This document shows positions 18,682 to 28,448 of a stretch of 56,045 nucleotides of DNA, in pieces. A program made the translations under genes and the position numbers. Each line of letters begins with the position of its first letter. The first letter of the stretch is position 1. The stretch is taken from the NCBI GenBank assembly GCA_044345055.1, contig JBIJBT010000006.1, forward strand, positions 1 to 56,045, written 5' to 3'. Origin of the DNA: Bdellovibrionota bacterium. Its GTDB lineage: Bacteria; Bdellovibrionota_C; UBA2361; OMIW01. A model generated the notes under the pieces. The model was not told the origin of the DNA and ran no database searches. It worked only from the letters and a program-made list of their open reading frames with translations.

Positions 18682-19641
18682 TTAACGATCGTCCAATCGC
18701 CGCTGAATGGGGCGACGTCGTTCACTCACAACTCGGCGATCCCCTATTGTTCGATCTGAAGCCCTTTGGGCCCAACCTGAACGCGTAGATGGTTCGGCTC
18801 CGTAAAGCCGTTGGGCAGTAGTATCGATTAGCTCAGCAGAGTTTCGGGACGATCTATGCTGTTGCGCTGTTCCTCTGCCTTCAAACGACCGGTCGTCCCG
18901 GTAGTGACCTTGTGGGCGGCGCTCCCGTGGGCTTCCACGAGAGGGTCGGCGTTGTCCATGGTGTCCACCAAGTTGCTGAGCGGAAGAGGGGCGTGCCTGT
19001 TCTGGATACTCGTTCCTTGAACGCACGGGACTACGGTTTTCCTTTTGGCCACTGAAGTCGCTATTTAAACGAGCTTCTTTATAATCTGGCCGATGATCCC
19101 TTGAAGCTCTCTGAGGTCTGCGTGGCATAGCTCCCTGTCCAACTCTTCTTCGATCCTGAACTGGCGCTATATTGCGTGGTTGGTGAGCTAACTTTTCGGT
19201 TCGTGGTGCTTCTACCCAATCATCGAACTCCTCATCGGTGAAATGTGGCACCGTGTCCGTTTCTGTTCCAGTTGAATTACTTTGTAATTCCTCAGTGACA
19301 AAACGCCCGGGAGTAAGGATATCGTTTTCAAAATCTGGAGATACCTTCTGTGGAGTTGCATCTCGACCGTTGTTTTCGCTTCTATCCCGAAAAAAAGCAG
19401 GTGCGTGACGTTTGACCGGTCTTAAGCCAGTTACCTCGACCTCAAGCGGGGGTAATCGGGAAGAGGAACGTTTTTCCGATGTCGCGCTCGTTGAGGCAAC
19501 CGGCTCGCTTTTTCGGCGCGGTGTTCCCGATCGAAACTTAGCACGAAATGGCTCTTTTTGCGCAGATTCTTCAGATGGAGCTGCGCTGTTTGAGATAACC
19601 TCAGACTGATTGATTGAAACCTTTTCCGGTTGCTCTTGCAT
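18682..19641 (-). CDS. Hypothetical low-complexity, probably disordered Arg/Ser/Gln/Pro-rich protein
   Basis: 319-codon ORF with ATG start, very few hydrophobic residues and no competing long ORF. Confidence 0.6.
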   Translation of the reverse strand: MQEQPEKVSINQSEVISNSAAPSEESAQKEPFRAKFRSGTPRRKSEPVASTSATSEKRSSSRLPPLEVEVTGLRPVKRHAPAFFRDRSENNGRDATPQKVSPDFENDILTPGRFVTEELQSNSTGTETDTVPHFTDEEFDDWVEAPRTEKLAHQPRNIAPVQDRRRVGQGAMPRRPQRASRDHRPDYKEARLNSDFSGQKENRSPVRSRNEYPEQARPSSAQQLGGHHGQRRPSRGSPRERRPQGHYRDDRSFEGRGTAQQHRSSRNSAELIDTTAQRLYGAEPSTRSGWAQRASDRTIGDRRVVSERRRPIQRRLDDR

Positions 19642-19771
19642 AGGTAACTATCCAAATATTCAAACGGCTCTATCTAAAGCCTTGCACAGTACCGAGAGTA
19701 TTCGCGGTTCACTGAGCATTTTTACTTACTCACATCGAATCTTATGAGGCTGTTTGGAGACAGATTGCCCA

Positions 19772-19924
19772 TCACGAGACTGCGAGTCTCGGTGCGACCT
19801 CAAATGTCTTTATTCGCGCACTTTGTGCCTTTAAACGATCTAAACCGCGTGCAACTACCTTCTCGGTACCACTCGACCTTCGTACGTCTGACACCACCTC
19901 TATGTTTCTTGTCGATTCCGCCAT
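19772..19924 (-). CDS. Candidate 50-aa small protein (MAESTRNIEVVSDVRRSSGTEKVVARGLDRLKAQSARIKTFEVAPRLAVS)
   Basis: Translated by hand from ATG 19924 to TGA 19772; same strand as both neighbours; no strong RBS. Confidence 0.3.
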   Translation of the reverse strand: MAESTRNIEVVSDVRRSSGTEKVVARGLDRLKAQSARIKTFEVAPRLAVS

Positions 19925-20154
19925 GTTATTGCGGACGTAACAACAAACCTAAATCACCTCTTCGGTAACCTTATTCTGTTTTGGGACTCAAAAACCCGTC
20001 TCTAACTAGCCTAGTCGATATTTGCTTCAGAATCAAGGTTCCATACCGTCACCACTCGAAGAAAACAGGATGGGGCAAAAGCTATCAACCTAATAGCGTG
20101 AAGCAAATACGGGACCAGGAAATTATGGCCCAATAAGGCAACCGAGGCGAGCGG

Positions 20155-20529
20155 TTATCCGTTTTTTGCCTCTTTCCCCGGCACGGATAGAATCGAGCGC
20201 AGATTGATTGAAGAAGTAGCTCTATTTGAAGGCTCTTCGCTAGCTGCTTTTGGATTTATAAAGGATCGAACGACGGAGGGATTTGGAATTACGCACAGCT
20301 GGCGTATGGTAGTATCTCGTTTGCTCTCTACCTTGGCTCGCCACAGAATGGTCTCATCAATAGCTCCGGTGCAGCCACTACAGCTAAAGCTCTCCCAGTT
20401 TAACGCAGCAGCAAGACTCAGACAGCTATTGTAGTTTTGACAGCCGAAGTTCCTATCAGGACCCTCGCCTTCGGGTAGCAGATTCGAGTCTTTCGCGAGA
20501 ACCTGAAATGGTCCGGGTTTTTCAGCCAT
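20155..20529 (-). CDS. Small hypothetical protein with a C-x5-C-x13-C-x2-C putative metal-binding motif
   Basis: RNFGCQNYNSCLSLAAALNWESFSCSGC; purine-rich RBS (AAGAGAG) upstream. Confidence 0.7.
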   Translation of the reverse strand: MAEKPGPFQVLAKDSNLLPEGEGPDRNFGCQNYNSCLSLAAALNWESFSCSGCTGAIDETILWRAKVESKRDTTIRQLCVIPNPSVVRSFINPKAASEEPSNRATSSINLRSILSVPGKEAKNG

Positions 20530-20656
20530 GCTACGTTCTCTCTTGTCTCTTGAAACTCGATATTACCTTCCTCGAAAGCGTCTAACTATGTTATATCGCA
20601 CTACGGAAAGTTGCGAAAGCGGGATATTCCGGGAGAGAGCTCAAAAATAATGAAGG

Positions 20657-21421
20657 TTGAAAGAAAAAGAGGAAGAGGATTACGGTATGCCTAAAGAGGA
20701 ATTTAGCGAGGGGAAAGAATACGGCGGGCGAATAACGTTCGGTAGAGAGCAGGGGGAGGGTAGAGCTCTTATACTGATGAGATCTGAGAGAGATAGAACC
20801 ACCTCGGGGGGGTGCTTGGGTATAACTCCGCCATCTTTTGAGGCTACGGCGATTTCTCAGTGGTGCGAAGCTATCGTGGGCGGTTGTTCAAAGTTTGCCC
20901 GGGTATTGGAGATCTGCGTGGTGCCGCCACAGTCCGGGCTGGAGTGGGAGCAGACCGATGCGCAGCTCGAATCGGCGCTTGCCGACAGGGGGCTCCGTCA
21001 CTGTCCGATTATCGGAATCGGCGAAAGTGCTCTAATTGTTCATCATTTCGCCGTTTTTCGGCCCAAAATATGTCAGTCGATTATTTTGATAGATCCTGTT
21101 TTTCAGCTAGCAGTGACGCGATTCACCCGACTGATCAATTGGGTGGAGCAGATATTGCCGCTAGGTTTACCGCTGCGTGTGGGTACAGATTCATTTATTT
21201 CTGCCCCCTTCTTGCATCGAATTCGGTGCCCAACCCTTGTGATTAATTCAGGTAAAGAGGGGGTTGAGCAAGAAGAGGCTATATCTTCTATGACTAGGAG
21301 GATTCCGAATGGTTGGTTCAGGCGGCTCGGTCGCGAGGCTCCTGAGGCTGATTTGATAGAGAGCATCTCCTCATTTCTTCCGGTCCGTCATCGTTACCCG
21401 ATGCGACGGCTCGCGGCTTAA
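20657..21421 (+). CDS. Degenerate alpha/beta-hydrolase-fold protein (start uncertain)
   Basis: PIIGIGESALIV (elbow position), FRPKICQSIILIDP, LHRIRCPTLVI and RRIPNG. Confidence 0.6.
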   Translation: MKEKEEEDYGMPKEEFSEGKEYGGRITFGREQGEGRALILMRSERDRTTSGGCLGITPPSFEATAISQWCEAIVGGCSKFARVLEICVVPPQSGLEWEQTDAQLESALADRGLRHCPIIGIGESALIVHHFAVFRPKICQSIILIDPVFQLAVTRFTRLINWVEQILPLGLPLRVGTDSFISAPFLHRIRCPTLVINSGKEGVEQEEAISSMTRRIPNGWFRRLGREAPEADLIESISSFLPVRHRYPMRRLAA

Positions 21422-21472
21422 AAGATGGTTTGGGCGATTTTCGGATTGAGCTACCTCTTTGAATCGCCCCTT

Positions 21473-22648
21473 TTACGAGGCCACCTTGACTCCGCCTGAT
21501 GGCTGGTCAGCATTTTGAAGCTCGCTCAGAGTCATCAGAGTTTCGGTGTAGCCCCATTCGATTAATCCTTGCAGATATTCCGGATCGAGTGCGACATAGG
21601 TCATGCTCTCGTAGGCGACCTCCTCCCCCAGTTTTTTCTTCAGAATCGAGAATAAAGGCCAGACGGGTCCTGCGGCGGCGATGAACCGTTTTGTAGAGCC
21701 GCCGACAGCGTCTTTTAGTAATGGACCGATCGAGCGTCTTGTTCGGAAAGTTAAAGTTTTTGGAGGACGAAGACAGAAAGTTTCAGGGGCGGCGGGGACC
21801 TCCCAAGACGGACGCGTGTCGTGTGCCTCTCCAAAACGATCTAGCCACCAATGTCGTCCGGAAACATCGATCGAATAGACACGATTTGACCCGAGTCGAA
21901 CGGCTGGATCGATCGGAACGTTGATTGATATACCACCATCAACAAGCCTAACTCGACCGAGATCTGTATCGAGCTCGACCGCAGGGAGAATCGAAGGAAG
22001 AGCGGCAGAGGCGAATCCGTGTTTAGCCCGAAGATCGGGGACCATTGTGATATCAAAGGTGGCGCCTGCCATAGCCTCTGTTGGTGGTTGTTTATGCGAA
22101 GATAAAAAGAGGAGCGGTTTTCGCGCGGGTCCCTCAAGCGTTGTCATTACTGCGACTGAGGTAAGAGCGGGATGTCGGGCCTCAGGGGTTAGTCCACCAC
22201 TCATTGCTATCACTCTGTCGACCTCATCGCGCAGCGGCGTAGGATCAAAAACTGAGCGGTCAGAGTTGTTTGGCCCAGGGGATCTTAGCTGTTGTTGAGC
22301 AATCAAGAGAGCTCTAAGAAACGCGCGTGAAGGAGATCCGCTAAAGGTGTTCCTTATGGTTCGTCCGCGCCAGATCTCCTCCATCTGATTAACTGCATCA
22401 CGCACGCCATCTTTTAGAAGAGCCGCCAGCACCAATCCGTTAACTGCACCAATACTGCTTCCGACGACGGTATTTATCGGATGTGATGGATGATCAAAGA
22501 AACGGCATAAAGCACGAAGAGCACCAACCTGATATGCGGCGCGTGAACCTCCGCCCGAGAGCACTACTCCGGTATCAAAACATTCAAGGGAGGGAAGTCT
22601 TTTGTGGTGAGTTGGTCGACTGAGAGGCGGATGTGGACGTCGTCTCAT
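21473..22648 (-). CDS. Patatin-like phospholipase
   Basis: VLSGGGSRAAYQVG, nucleophile motif GSSIG, ASAALP and DGG. Confidence 0.9.
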   Translation of the reverse strand: MRRRPHPPLSRPTHHKRLPSLECFDTGVVLSGGGSRAAYQVGALRALCRFFDHPSHPINTVVGSSIGAVNGLVLAALLKDGVRDAVNQMEEIWRGRTIRNTFSGSPSRAFLRALLIAQQQLRSPGPNNSDRSVFDPTPLRDEVDRVIAMSGGLTPEARHPALTSVAVMTTLEGPARKPLLFLSSHKQPPTEAMAGATFDITMVPDLRAKHGFASAALPSILPAVELDTDLGRVRLVDGGISINVPIDPAVRLGSNRVYSIDVSGRHWWLDRFGEAHDTRPSWEVPAAPETFCLRPPKTLTFRTRRSIGPLLKDAVGGSTKRFIAAAGPVWPLFSILKKKLGEEVAYESMTYVALDPEYLQGLIEWGYTETLMTLSELQNADQPSGGVKVAS

Positions 22649-22869
22649 AATATTTTGGAAAAATATATTCCTAGTTAGCTATACGACAGTGTTTGGGAAA
22701 AACTTGAGGATAAACGGTCAATTTTTGGAAATCTCGATTGAGCCAGCCTCCCACTCAATCAGAAGTCGCTAACCCGCCCTTTTTTTTCTTAGCAGTCCCG
22801 TTCTGATAAGATGCCGGCCGAGCCCTTTTGGGGAGATTATTTTTTTACCTGACTTCAGAGAGGTATCCT

Positions 22870-23583
22870 GTGACATCACCTAATTCCCGGATTGTAATCA
22901 CCGTTGATGGTTTGGCAGCTTCCGGTAAATCGTCGATTGCGCGGGAGCTGGCTCGGCGGCTTGGGTTCGTCCATTTTAGTAGTGGACTGTTATACAGGGC
23001 AGTTGGCTCGGAAGCTCTTGAGCTGGGAATCGAGCTTGACAGTGAGGAGGCTATCGGGGAGTTCGTCGAGTCCCATAGCTGGGATCTCGCGATTGATGAG
23101 CAGGGGGAGGGACGAGTAGCTGTCGATGGCGTCTTAGTGAATCGGGATCTTAGCGACCCAAGAACCTCGGAGGCTGCCTCTTGTGTTGGTATATCTCGGC
23201 GGGTTCGGCAGGCGTTGTTGGAGCCGCAGAGACGAGCATTTCTCCCTCATTCGATGGTTGCAGAGGGGCGAGACCTCGGCACAATTATTTTCCCTGATGC
23301 AGCGCTCAAGCTTTTTGTCGAGGCTCCCGAGGAGGTTCGAATCGCGCGACGGGTTCAACAGCTGCACGAGTTGAGGCCCGCGGGTGAGCTAAGCGAGGAT
23401 CTGATGCTTCGGGCTGAGATTAGTGAGCGCGACAAGCGAGACGCAGAGAGATCGGTTGCGCCGACTATCGCAGCTCAAGACGCCCTTTTAGTCGACAACG
23501 GGTCTCGCTCATTGACGGAGGTTGTCGACTCCCTGTATGCTCTAGCGTTATCTAGGGGCCTCGTAACAGGTGGAAGAGGGTAG
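22870..23583 (+). CDS. cmk: Cytidylate kinase
   Basis: ITVDGLAASGKSS, SGLLYRA, VAEGRDLGT and RDKRD..R..AP; upstream of rpsA; GTG at 22870 follows GAGAGG. Confidence 0.93.
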   Translation: MTSPNSRIVITVDGLAASGKSSIARELARRLGFVHFSSGLLYRAVGSEALELGIELDSEEAIGEFVESHSWDLAIDEQGEGRVAVDGVLVNRDLSDPRTSEAASCVGISRRVRQALLEPQRRAFLPHSMVAEGRDLGTIIFPDAALKLFVEAPEEVRIARRVQQLHELRPAGELSEDLMLRAEISERDKRDAERSVAPTIAAQDALLVDNGSRSLTEVVDSLYALALSRGLVTGGRG

Positions 23584-23703
23584 TTCCGAGCTATCGCGCC
23601 GCTTGTCTCGTTCAGTAACCTTTTTATCGACCTACTCGCCCACGTGTGCCCTTTTTGACGAACGGGAGGTGAGGGACGGTCGTATGACAGTGAAAGACAT
23701 CTT

Positions 23704-25443
23704 ATGACAGTAGCGGATAGTGGTTTTACAGGTGCGAGCGGATCATCGGAAGGTGCTGCCGGGTCGTTTGCTAGTGAATTCGAGAGAATTTTCTCGATAA
23801 CTTCGGCAAACATTCGTCCGGGCAAAGTTGTTTCCGGAACGGTCGTTGGCATCAACAAAGAGGTGGCAACAGTTGATATCGGCTTTAAGTCCGATGGAGC
23901 AGTTCCTCTGGGTCAGTTTGCAGGCGCTGATGGAAAGCCAGTCGTTGCGATTGGCGACAGCTGTGATGTTTATATTCTGAGCCTTGAGAACGACATGGGC
24001 CAAGTGGTCCTCTCCAAGGAAAGAGCAGATCAGAAGCGGGTTTGGGAAGGGGTTGAAAAGGCGTTCCGCGATGATGGCACCATTCGTGGTGTTGTCGTGC
24101 AGAAGGTGAAGGGAGGACTCCAGGTTGATATCGGTATTCCCGCATTTCTTCCGGGCTCTCAGGTAGATATTCGTCCGCATCGGAACCTCGATAAGTTCAT
24201 CGGCGAAACTCATGACTTTAAGGTCTTGAAGGTAACTCGGGACAAAGGAAATATCGTTCTTTCGCGGCGTACTGTGCTGATGTCGGAACGTGATCAGCTC
24301 CGTGGCGAAACCCTCAAACTTCTATCCGAAGGTGTTGTGATGGAGGGAACGGTCAAGAATATCACCGATTATGGTGCATTCATTGACCTAGGTGGTATCG
24401 ACGGACTTCTCCACATCACAGACATTTCGTGGGGACGAGTTGGGCATCCATCCGACAAACTCTCTGTTGGTCAGGTACTACCTGTCGTGGTTCTCAAGTA
24501 TGACCGCGAGCGAGAGAGGGTCAGCCTTGGCATGAAGCAACTCACCACAGACCCATGGATTTCGGTTCATGAGCGATTCCCTGTCGGTAGCCGCGTGAGC
24601 GGTAAGGTAGTTAGCGTCACCGATTACGGCGCCTTCGTCGAACTTGAAGAAGGTGTCGAAGGGTTGATTCACGTTTCGGAGATGAGCTGGACGAAGAAGG
24701 TCAAGCATCCATCGAAGATTGTTGCTGAGGGAGATAAGGTAGAGGCGGTTGTGCTCGGAATAGATCAGGGACAGCAGCGAATAAGCCTTGGTTTGAAGCA
24801 GCTTATGCCGAATCCTTGGCTTGATCTTGGCTCGCGTCACCCTGTTGGTTCGCGCGTTAAGGGGAAGATTCGTTCGATTACCGATTTCGGTGTGTTCGTC
24901 GGTGTCGAGGATGGAATCGATGGATTGGTGCACGTTTCTGACTTCTCATGGACGAAGCGAATCAAGGATCCTCGTGAGATTCATGAGCTCTTCAAGAAGG
25001 GTGATGAGATCGAAGCGGTCGTTCTCGATGTCGATGCGGATAACGAACGGCTTAGCCTCGGGATTAAGCAGCTTGAATCGGATCCATGGGATACAATATC
25101 GCAGCGATATCCTCTCGGTGTTCGGATTAAGGGAGCTATCAAGTCGATCACCGACTTCGGTATTTTCCTTGAGATCGAAGATGGAATTGAGGGATTAATC
25201 CACAATTCGCAGCTTGATGTACCACGTGGTACTGAGACCGGTTCGGTGTATCAGGTCGGTCAAGAGATCGAGGCTGAGGTCACTAATATCGATCGTGAAG
25301 AGCGACGAATTAGCCTGAGCATCAAGGCGATCAAGAAGCGACAGGAAAAAGAGCAGTTCGCTGAGTTCATGGAAGATGCAAACACTGCCGTCACGTTCGG
25401 TGATTTGCTTCGTCAGAAACTCGATAGCGGCTCGGATTCCTAA
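23704..25443 (+). CDS. rpsA: 30S ribosomal protein S1
   Basis: Six S1 repeats (VKNITDYGAFIDLGGIDGLLHITD and related) and a C-terminal TFGDLL. Confidence 0.97.
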   Translation: MTVADSGFTGASGSSEGAAGSFASEFERIFSITSANIRPGKVVSGTVVGINKEVATVDIGFKSDGAVPLGQFAGADGKPVVAIGDSCDVYILSLENDMGQVVLSKERADQKRVWEGVEKAFRDDGTIRGVVVQKVKGGLQVDIGIPAFLPGSQVDIRPHRNLDKFIGETHDFKVLKVTRDKGNIVLSRRTVLMSERDQLRGETLKLLSEGVVMEGTVKNITDYGAFIDLGGIDGLLHITDISWGRVGHPSDKLSVGQVLPVVVLKYDRERERVSLGMKQLTTDPWISVHERFPVGSRVSGKVVSVTDYGAFVELEEGVEGLIHVSEMSWTKKVKHPSKIVAEGDKVEAVVLGIDQGQQRISLGLKQLMPNPWLDLGSRHPVGSRVKGKIRSITDFGVFVGVEDGIDGLVHVSDFSWTKRIKDPREIHELFKKGDEIEAVVLDVDADNERLSLGIKQLESDPWDTISQRYPLGVRIKGAIKSITDFGIFLEIEDGIEGLIHNSQLDVPRGTETGSVYQVGQEIEAEVTNIDREERRISLSIKAIKKRQEKEQFAEFMEDANTAVTFGDLLRQKLDSGSDS

Positions 25444-25456
25444 GGCCGATTAAAGG

Positions 25457-25500
25457 GAAGCGGTTGTGCGCAATTAGTTGAAAATATGCACAACCGCTTC
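25457..25500 (+). terminator. Stem-loop after rpsA (probable terminator or stabiliser)
   Basis: Perfect 13-bp inverted repeat GAAGCGGTTGTGC/GCACAACCGCTTC; the U-tail is weak. Confidence 0.6.
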
Positions 25501-25650
25501 TGGGTTAATAGGAAGGGCTGGATTACTAATCCTAAATAAAGTTCTAGCCCACCCAGTCTTATACTCCCGCGGTTTGTACACTTTTTAGGTTTTTCAACAT
25601 CGCTCCACACTCAATCGAGTTCCTGCGCCTATCTGGAGCATCGCAACATC

Positions 25651-28434
25651 ATGGCTGAGAGTAATAGTAATTTATCTTCGTCCTCCTCGCCGTCTCCATC
25701 GTTACCTCAACTTCCCCAACAGTTTGATTCCCTCCCACCGATGTTGAGGCAGTACTGTGAGTACAAAGTCCAGCATCCTGAGTGTCTTCTTCTTTTCCAG
25801 GTTGGTGATTTTTACGAGGTTTTTTTTGAGGATGCAGTTGTTATTGCCCGTAGCCTAAATCTCACCCTGACTAGTCGCGATAAAAATAGTGACGAACCGA
25901 TTCCGATGTGCGGAGTGCCGATCTCAGTGGTCGATGGTTATTTGGACCGGCTTGTTGATTTGGGCTTTTCTGTGGCGTTGGTGAGCCAAACGGTTCCCGC
26001 ATCGCAGGTGACCAAGGGGATGGTGCCTCGAGCACTTGAGCGGATAGTCACGCCGGGGGTTCGATTATTGGGGGGAGCTCAGAGCCGAGCCTCCCGAGAT
26101 GGGGTAGCTGCGGTTGTTTTTGAAACAGAGACCGAAGGAGCTATTGCATTTTCGGATGTGCAGAGTGGAGTTGTATGGATTCGCGATGGCGTTAGCTCCG
26201 AGGAGGTTGCTGCCGAACTTGCTCGGATGATGCCGGCGGAGGTGGTGCTGTGTGATCGGGGTGGTGATAAATCGATCGATGCAAGAACTGGATGGGTGAG
26301 GGCGATCGAGCGGATCGTCGGCGTGCCTCTTCGGTGGCGTGGAGTTAGCTGCTTGGAGGGAGGGCGGTTTGAGGGGTTGTCGGGTGCTGCGGTGATGAGC
26401 CCCAGAGCGCGTCGGAGTTGTTGGTTGTTGTTGCATTGGCTTGAAGAGACAACTCTCTCTGTTGCTCAAGCAATAACCGAGGTTCGCCCCCTAAATTATC
26501 TTGAAACGATGGCGATCGATCCATCGACTCGGAGTAGTTTAGAATTAGTAGCCTCGGCAAAAGATGGGTCATCTCGGGCGACTCTGTTGAGCTATCTTGA
26601 TGAAACAAGTTGTGGTGCGGGGTGGCGACTTCTAAGGAGCTGGATTGTTAATCCTACAACGAAGATAGCCGAGTTGAATGAGCGGTACGACGCGGTCGCT
26701 GCCTGGATTAATCAGGGTGAGGGAGCGCAGCAGGTCCAAGCAGTTTTGCGGCGCGCGATTGATGTAGAGCGGCTAGCAACCCGGCTGAGTGTAGAGGTGG
26801 CGACCCCGCGAGAGTTAGGAGCTCTTCGCGATCTTCTTACTGAGCTTCCCCCTATCCTCACACGTTTGAGCGAGCTAAGTGAGCAGCCAGAGCGATTGCA
26901 GCAACTATTTGAGAGAGCCGTATTACCGGAGAGCTTTCGAACAATTCTCGATCAGTTTCTTGTTGATTCTCCACCTAATCAGATTGCAGAGGGGGGTATT
27001 ATTCGCGCGGGGGTTAATTCAGAGCTCGATCGGCTTCGGGAGCTTCGAGACAATGGAAAGTCGCGGATCGCTCTTTTTGAGCGTGAGGAGCGTGAACGAA
27101 CAGGATCTTTATCGTTGAAGATAAAGTATAATAACGTGCTCGGTTATTTTATCGAATTACCAACCGCGCGTGCCCAATCGGTTCCCGCTGAGTATGTGCG
27201 TCGACAATCTGTTGCGCAGGCGGAGCGTTTTATCGTGCCGACCCTCAAAGAGCTAGAGGAAGAGATATTGGGGGCATCTGGAAAAATCAATGATTTAGAA
27301 GAGCGGCTTTTTCGGGATTTTCGCAGCCAGCTCGTCGGATGGACTGGTGAGTTGCGCCGAGTTTCGCGGGCGATAGCTGAAATCGATCTCTTGATAGCGT
27401 TGAGCATCGTTGCCAGAAAGCATCGTCTTGTTCGGCCGGAGCTGGTAGCAGAACCGATACTACGGATTGATCGGGGAAAACACCCGGTGGTGGCAGAGCT
27501 TTTGGGGAGCAGTTACGTTACCAATTCTCTTCATTTCGATCAGAGCGAGCGAAGGTGCGCGGTTATTACAGGCCCGAATATGGGTGGTAAATCGACTTTC
27601 CTGCGTCAGGTTGCTCTCACTGTTATCATGGCGCAGATCGGCTCATTCGTTCCGGCGGATCGCGCGGTAGTAGGGATAGTAGATAAGATATTTGCGCGGG
27701 TAGGGGCGTCGGATGATCTTTTTGCTGGTGAATCGACCTTTATGGTCGAGATGAGAGAGGCTGCTGCTATTGTTCAGGGAGCAACTCCATCTTCACTTAT
27801 TTTAATAGACGAAATTGGCCGAGGAACTTCGACGAGCGATGGAGAGGCACTGGCTCAGGCGATACTCGAGTGGGTTTGCCACACCTGTCGAAGTCGCACC
27901 CTCTTTGCGACCCATTTCCACCCTCTCACAGCAGTTGCTGAATCTAATCCAGCGATGATTAATCTCTCGGTAGGGGCAGTGGAGCGAGGTGACGCTGTTT
28001 TTTTTACACATGAAATCGTGTCGGGTCCTGCAGGGCGATCTTATGGCTTACAGGTGGCTCAACGTGCTGGTCTTCCGCCTACTCTCGTTGCACGAGCTCA
28101 GGAAATACTAAATAGTCAGATGGGAGCAGAGTGCAAAGAGTCGGTCGTATCGAAACAATTGGTATCAAAACAGGTCGTGTCGAAAAAAAAGAAGATTGAT
28201 GATCGGCAGCCAACTTTTTTTGATTTCGTTGCAGCGACCTCTGCGGTGAGTGCCCATCTCCATGAGTTGCGGGATCGGGTTGCTGCGCTGGTACCCGATG
28301 CGATGACTCCCCGAGAGGCACTTGAGCATTTGTATGAGTTGCGCAAATTGGTGAGTCGAGATGACAATACGAAGGTGTCCTCTGTCCCGGCCCAAACGAT
28401 GATGTTCCGAGACAAGATCGAGGATGGTCAATAA
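25651..28434 (+). CDS. mutS: DNA mismatch repair protein MutS
   Basis: PMLRQY, GDFYEVF, PMCGVP, TGPNMGGKST, STFMVEM, DEIGRGTS, ATHFH, SYGLQVA and a clamp-binding-like QPTFF. Confidence 0.96.
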   Translation: MAESNSNLSSSSSPSPSLPQLPQQFDSLPPMLRQYCEYKVQHPECLLLFQVGDFYEVFFEDAVVIARSLNLTLTSRDKNSDEPIPMCGVPISVVDGYLDRLVDLGFSVALVSQTVPASQVTKGMVPRALERIVTPGVRLLGGAQSRASRDGVAAVVFETETEGAIAFSDVQSGVVWIRDGVSSEEVAAELARMMPAEVVLCDRGGDKSIDARTGWVRAIERIVGVPLRWRGVSCLEGGRFEGLSGAAVMSPRARRSCWLLLHWLEETTLSVAQAITEVRPLNYLETMAIDPSTRSSLELVASAKDGSSRATLLSYLDETSCGAGWRLLRSWIVNPTTKIAELNERYDAVAAWINQGEGAQQVQAVLRRAIDVERLATRLSVEVATPRELGALRDLLTELPPILTRLSELSEQPERLQQLFERAVLPESFRTILDQFLVDSPPNQIAEGGIIRAGVNSELDRLRELRDNGKSRIALFEREERERTGSLSLKIKYNNVLGYFIELPTARAQSVPAEYVRRQSVAQAERFIVPTLKELEEEILGASGKINDLEERLFRDFRSQLVGWTGELRRVSRAIAEIDLLIALSIVARKHRLVRPELVAEPILRIDRGKHPVVAELLGSSYVTNSLHFDQSERRCAVITGPNMGGKSTFLRQVALTVIMAQIGSFVPADRAVVGIVDKIFARVGASDDLFAGESTFMVEMREAAAIVQGATPSSLILIDEIGRGTSTSDGEALAQAILEWVCHTCRSRTLFATHFHPLTAVAESNPAMINLSVGAVERGDAVFFTHEIVSGPAGRSYGLQVAQRAGLPPTLVARAQEILNSQMGAECKESVVSKQLVSKQVVSKKKKIDDRQPTFFDFVAATSAVSAHLHELRDRVAALVPDAMTPREALEHLYELRKLVSRDDNTKVSSVPAQTMMFRDKIEDGQ
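28144..28188 (+). repeat. 3 x 15-bp degenerate tandem repeat in the MutS C-terminal linker
   Basis: gtcgtatcgaaacaa / ttggtatcaaaacag / gtcgtgtcgaaaaaa, encoding VVSKQ LVSKQ VVSKK. Confidence 0.65.
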
Positions 28435-28448
28435 TCTTCTAATCACGT

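Noticed and set aside
17961..18788. Short ORFs in the waaF upstream gap (17961..18218, 18039..18242, 18215..18400, 18378..18788)
   Set aside because: They overlap one another, lack motifs and clear RBSs, and lie in AT-rich sequence that looks non-coding.
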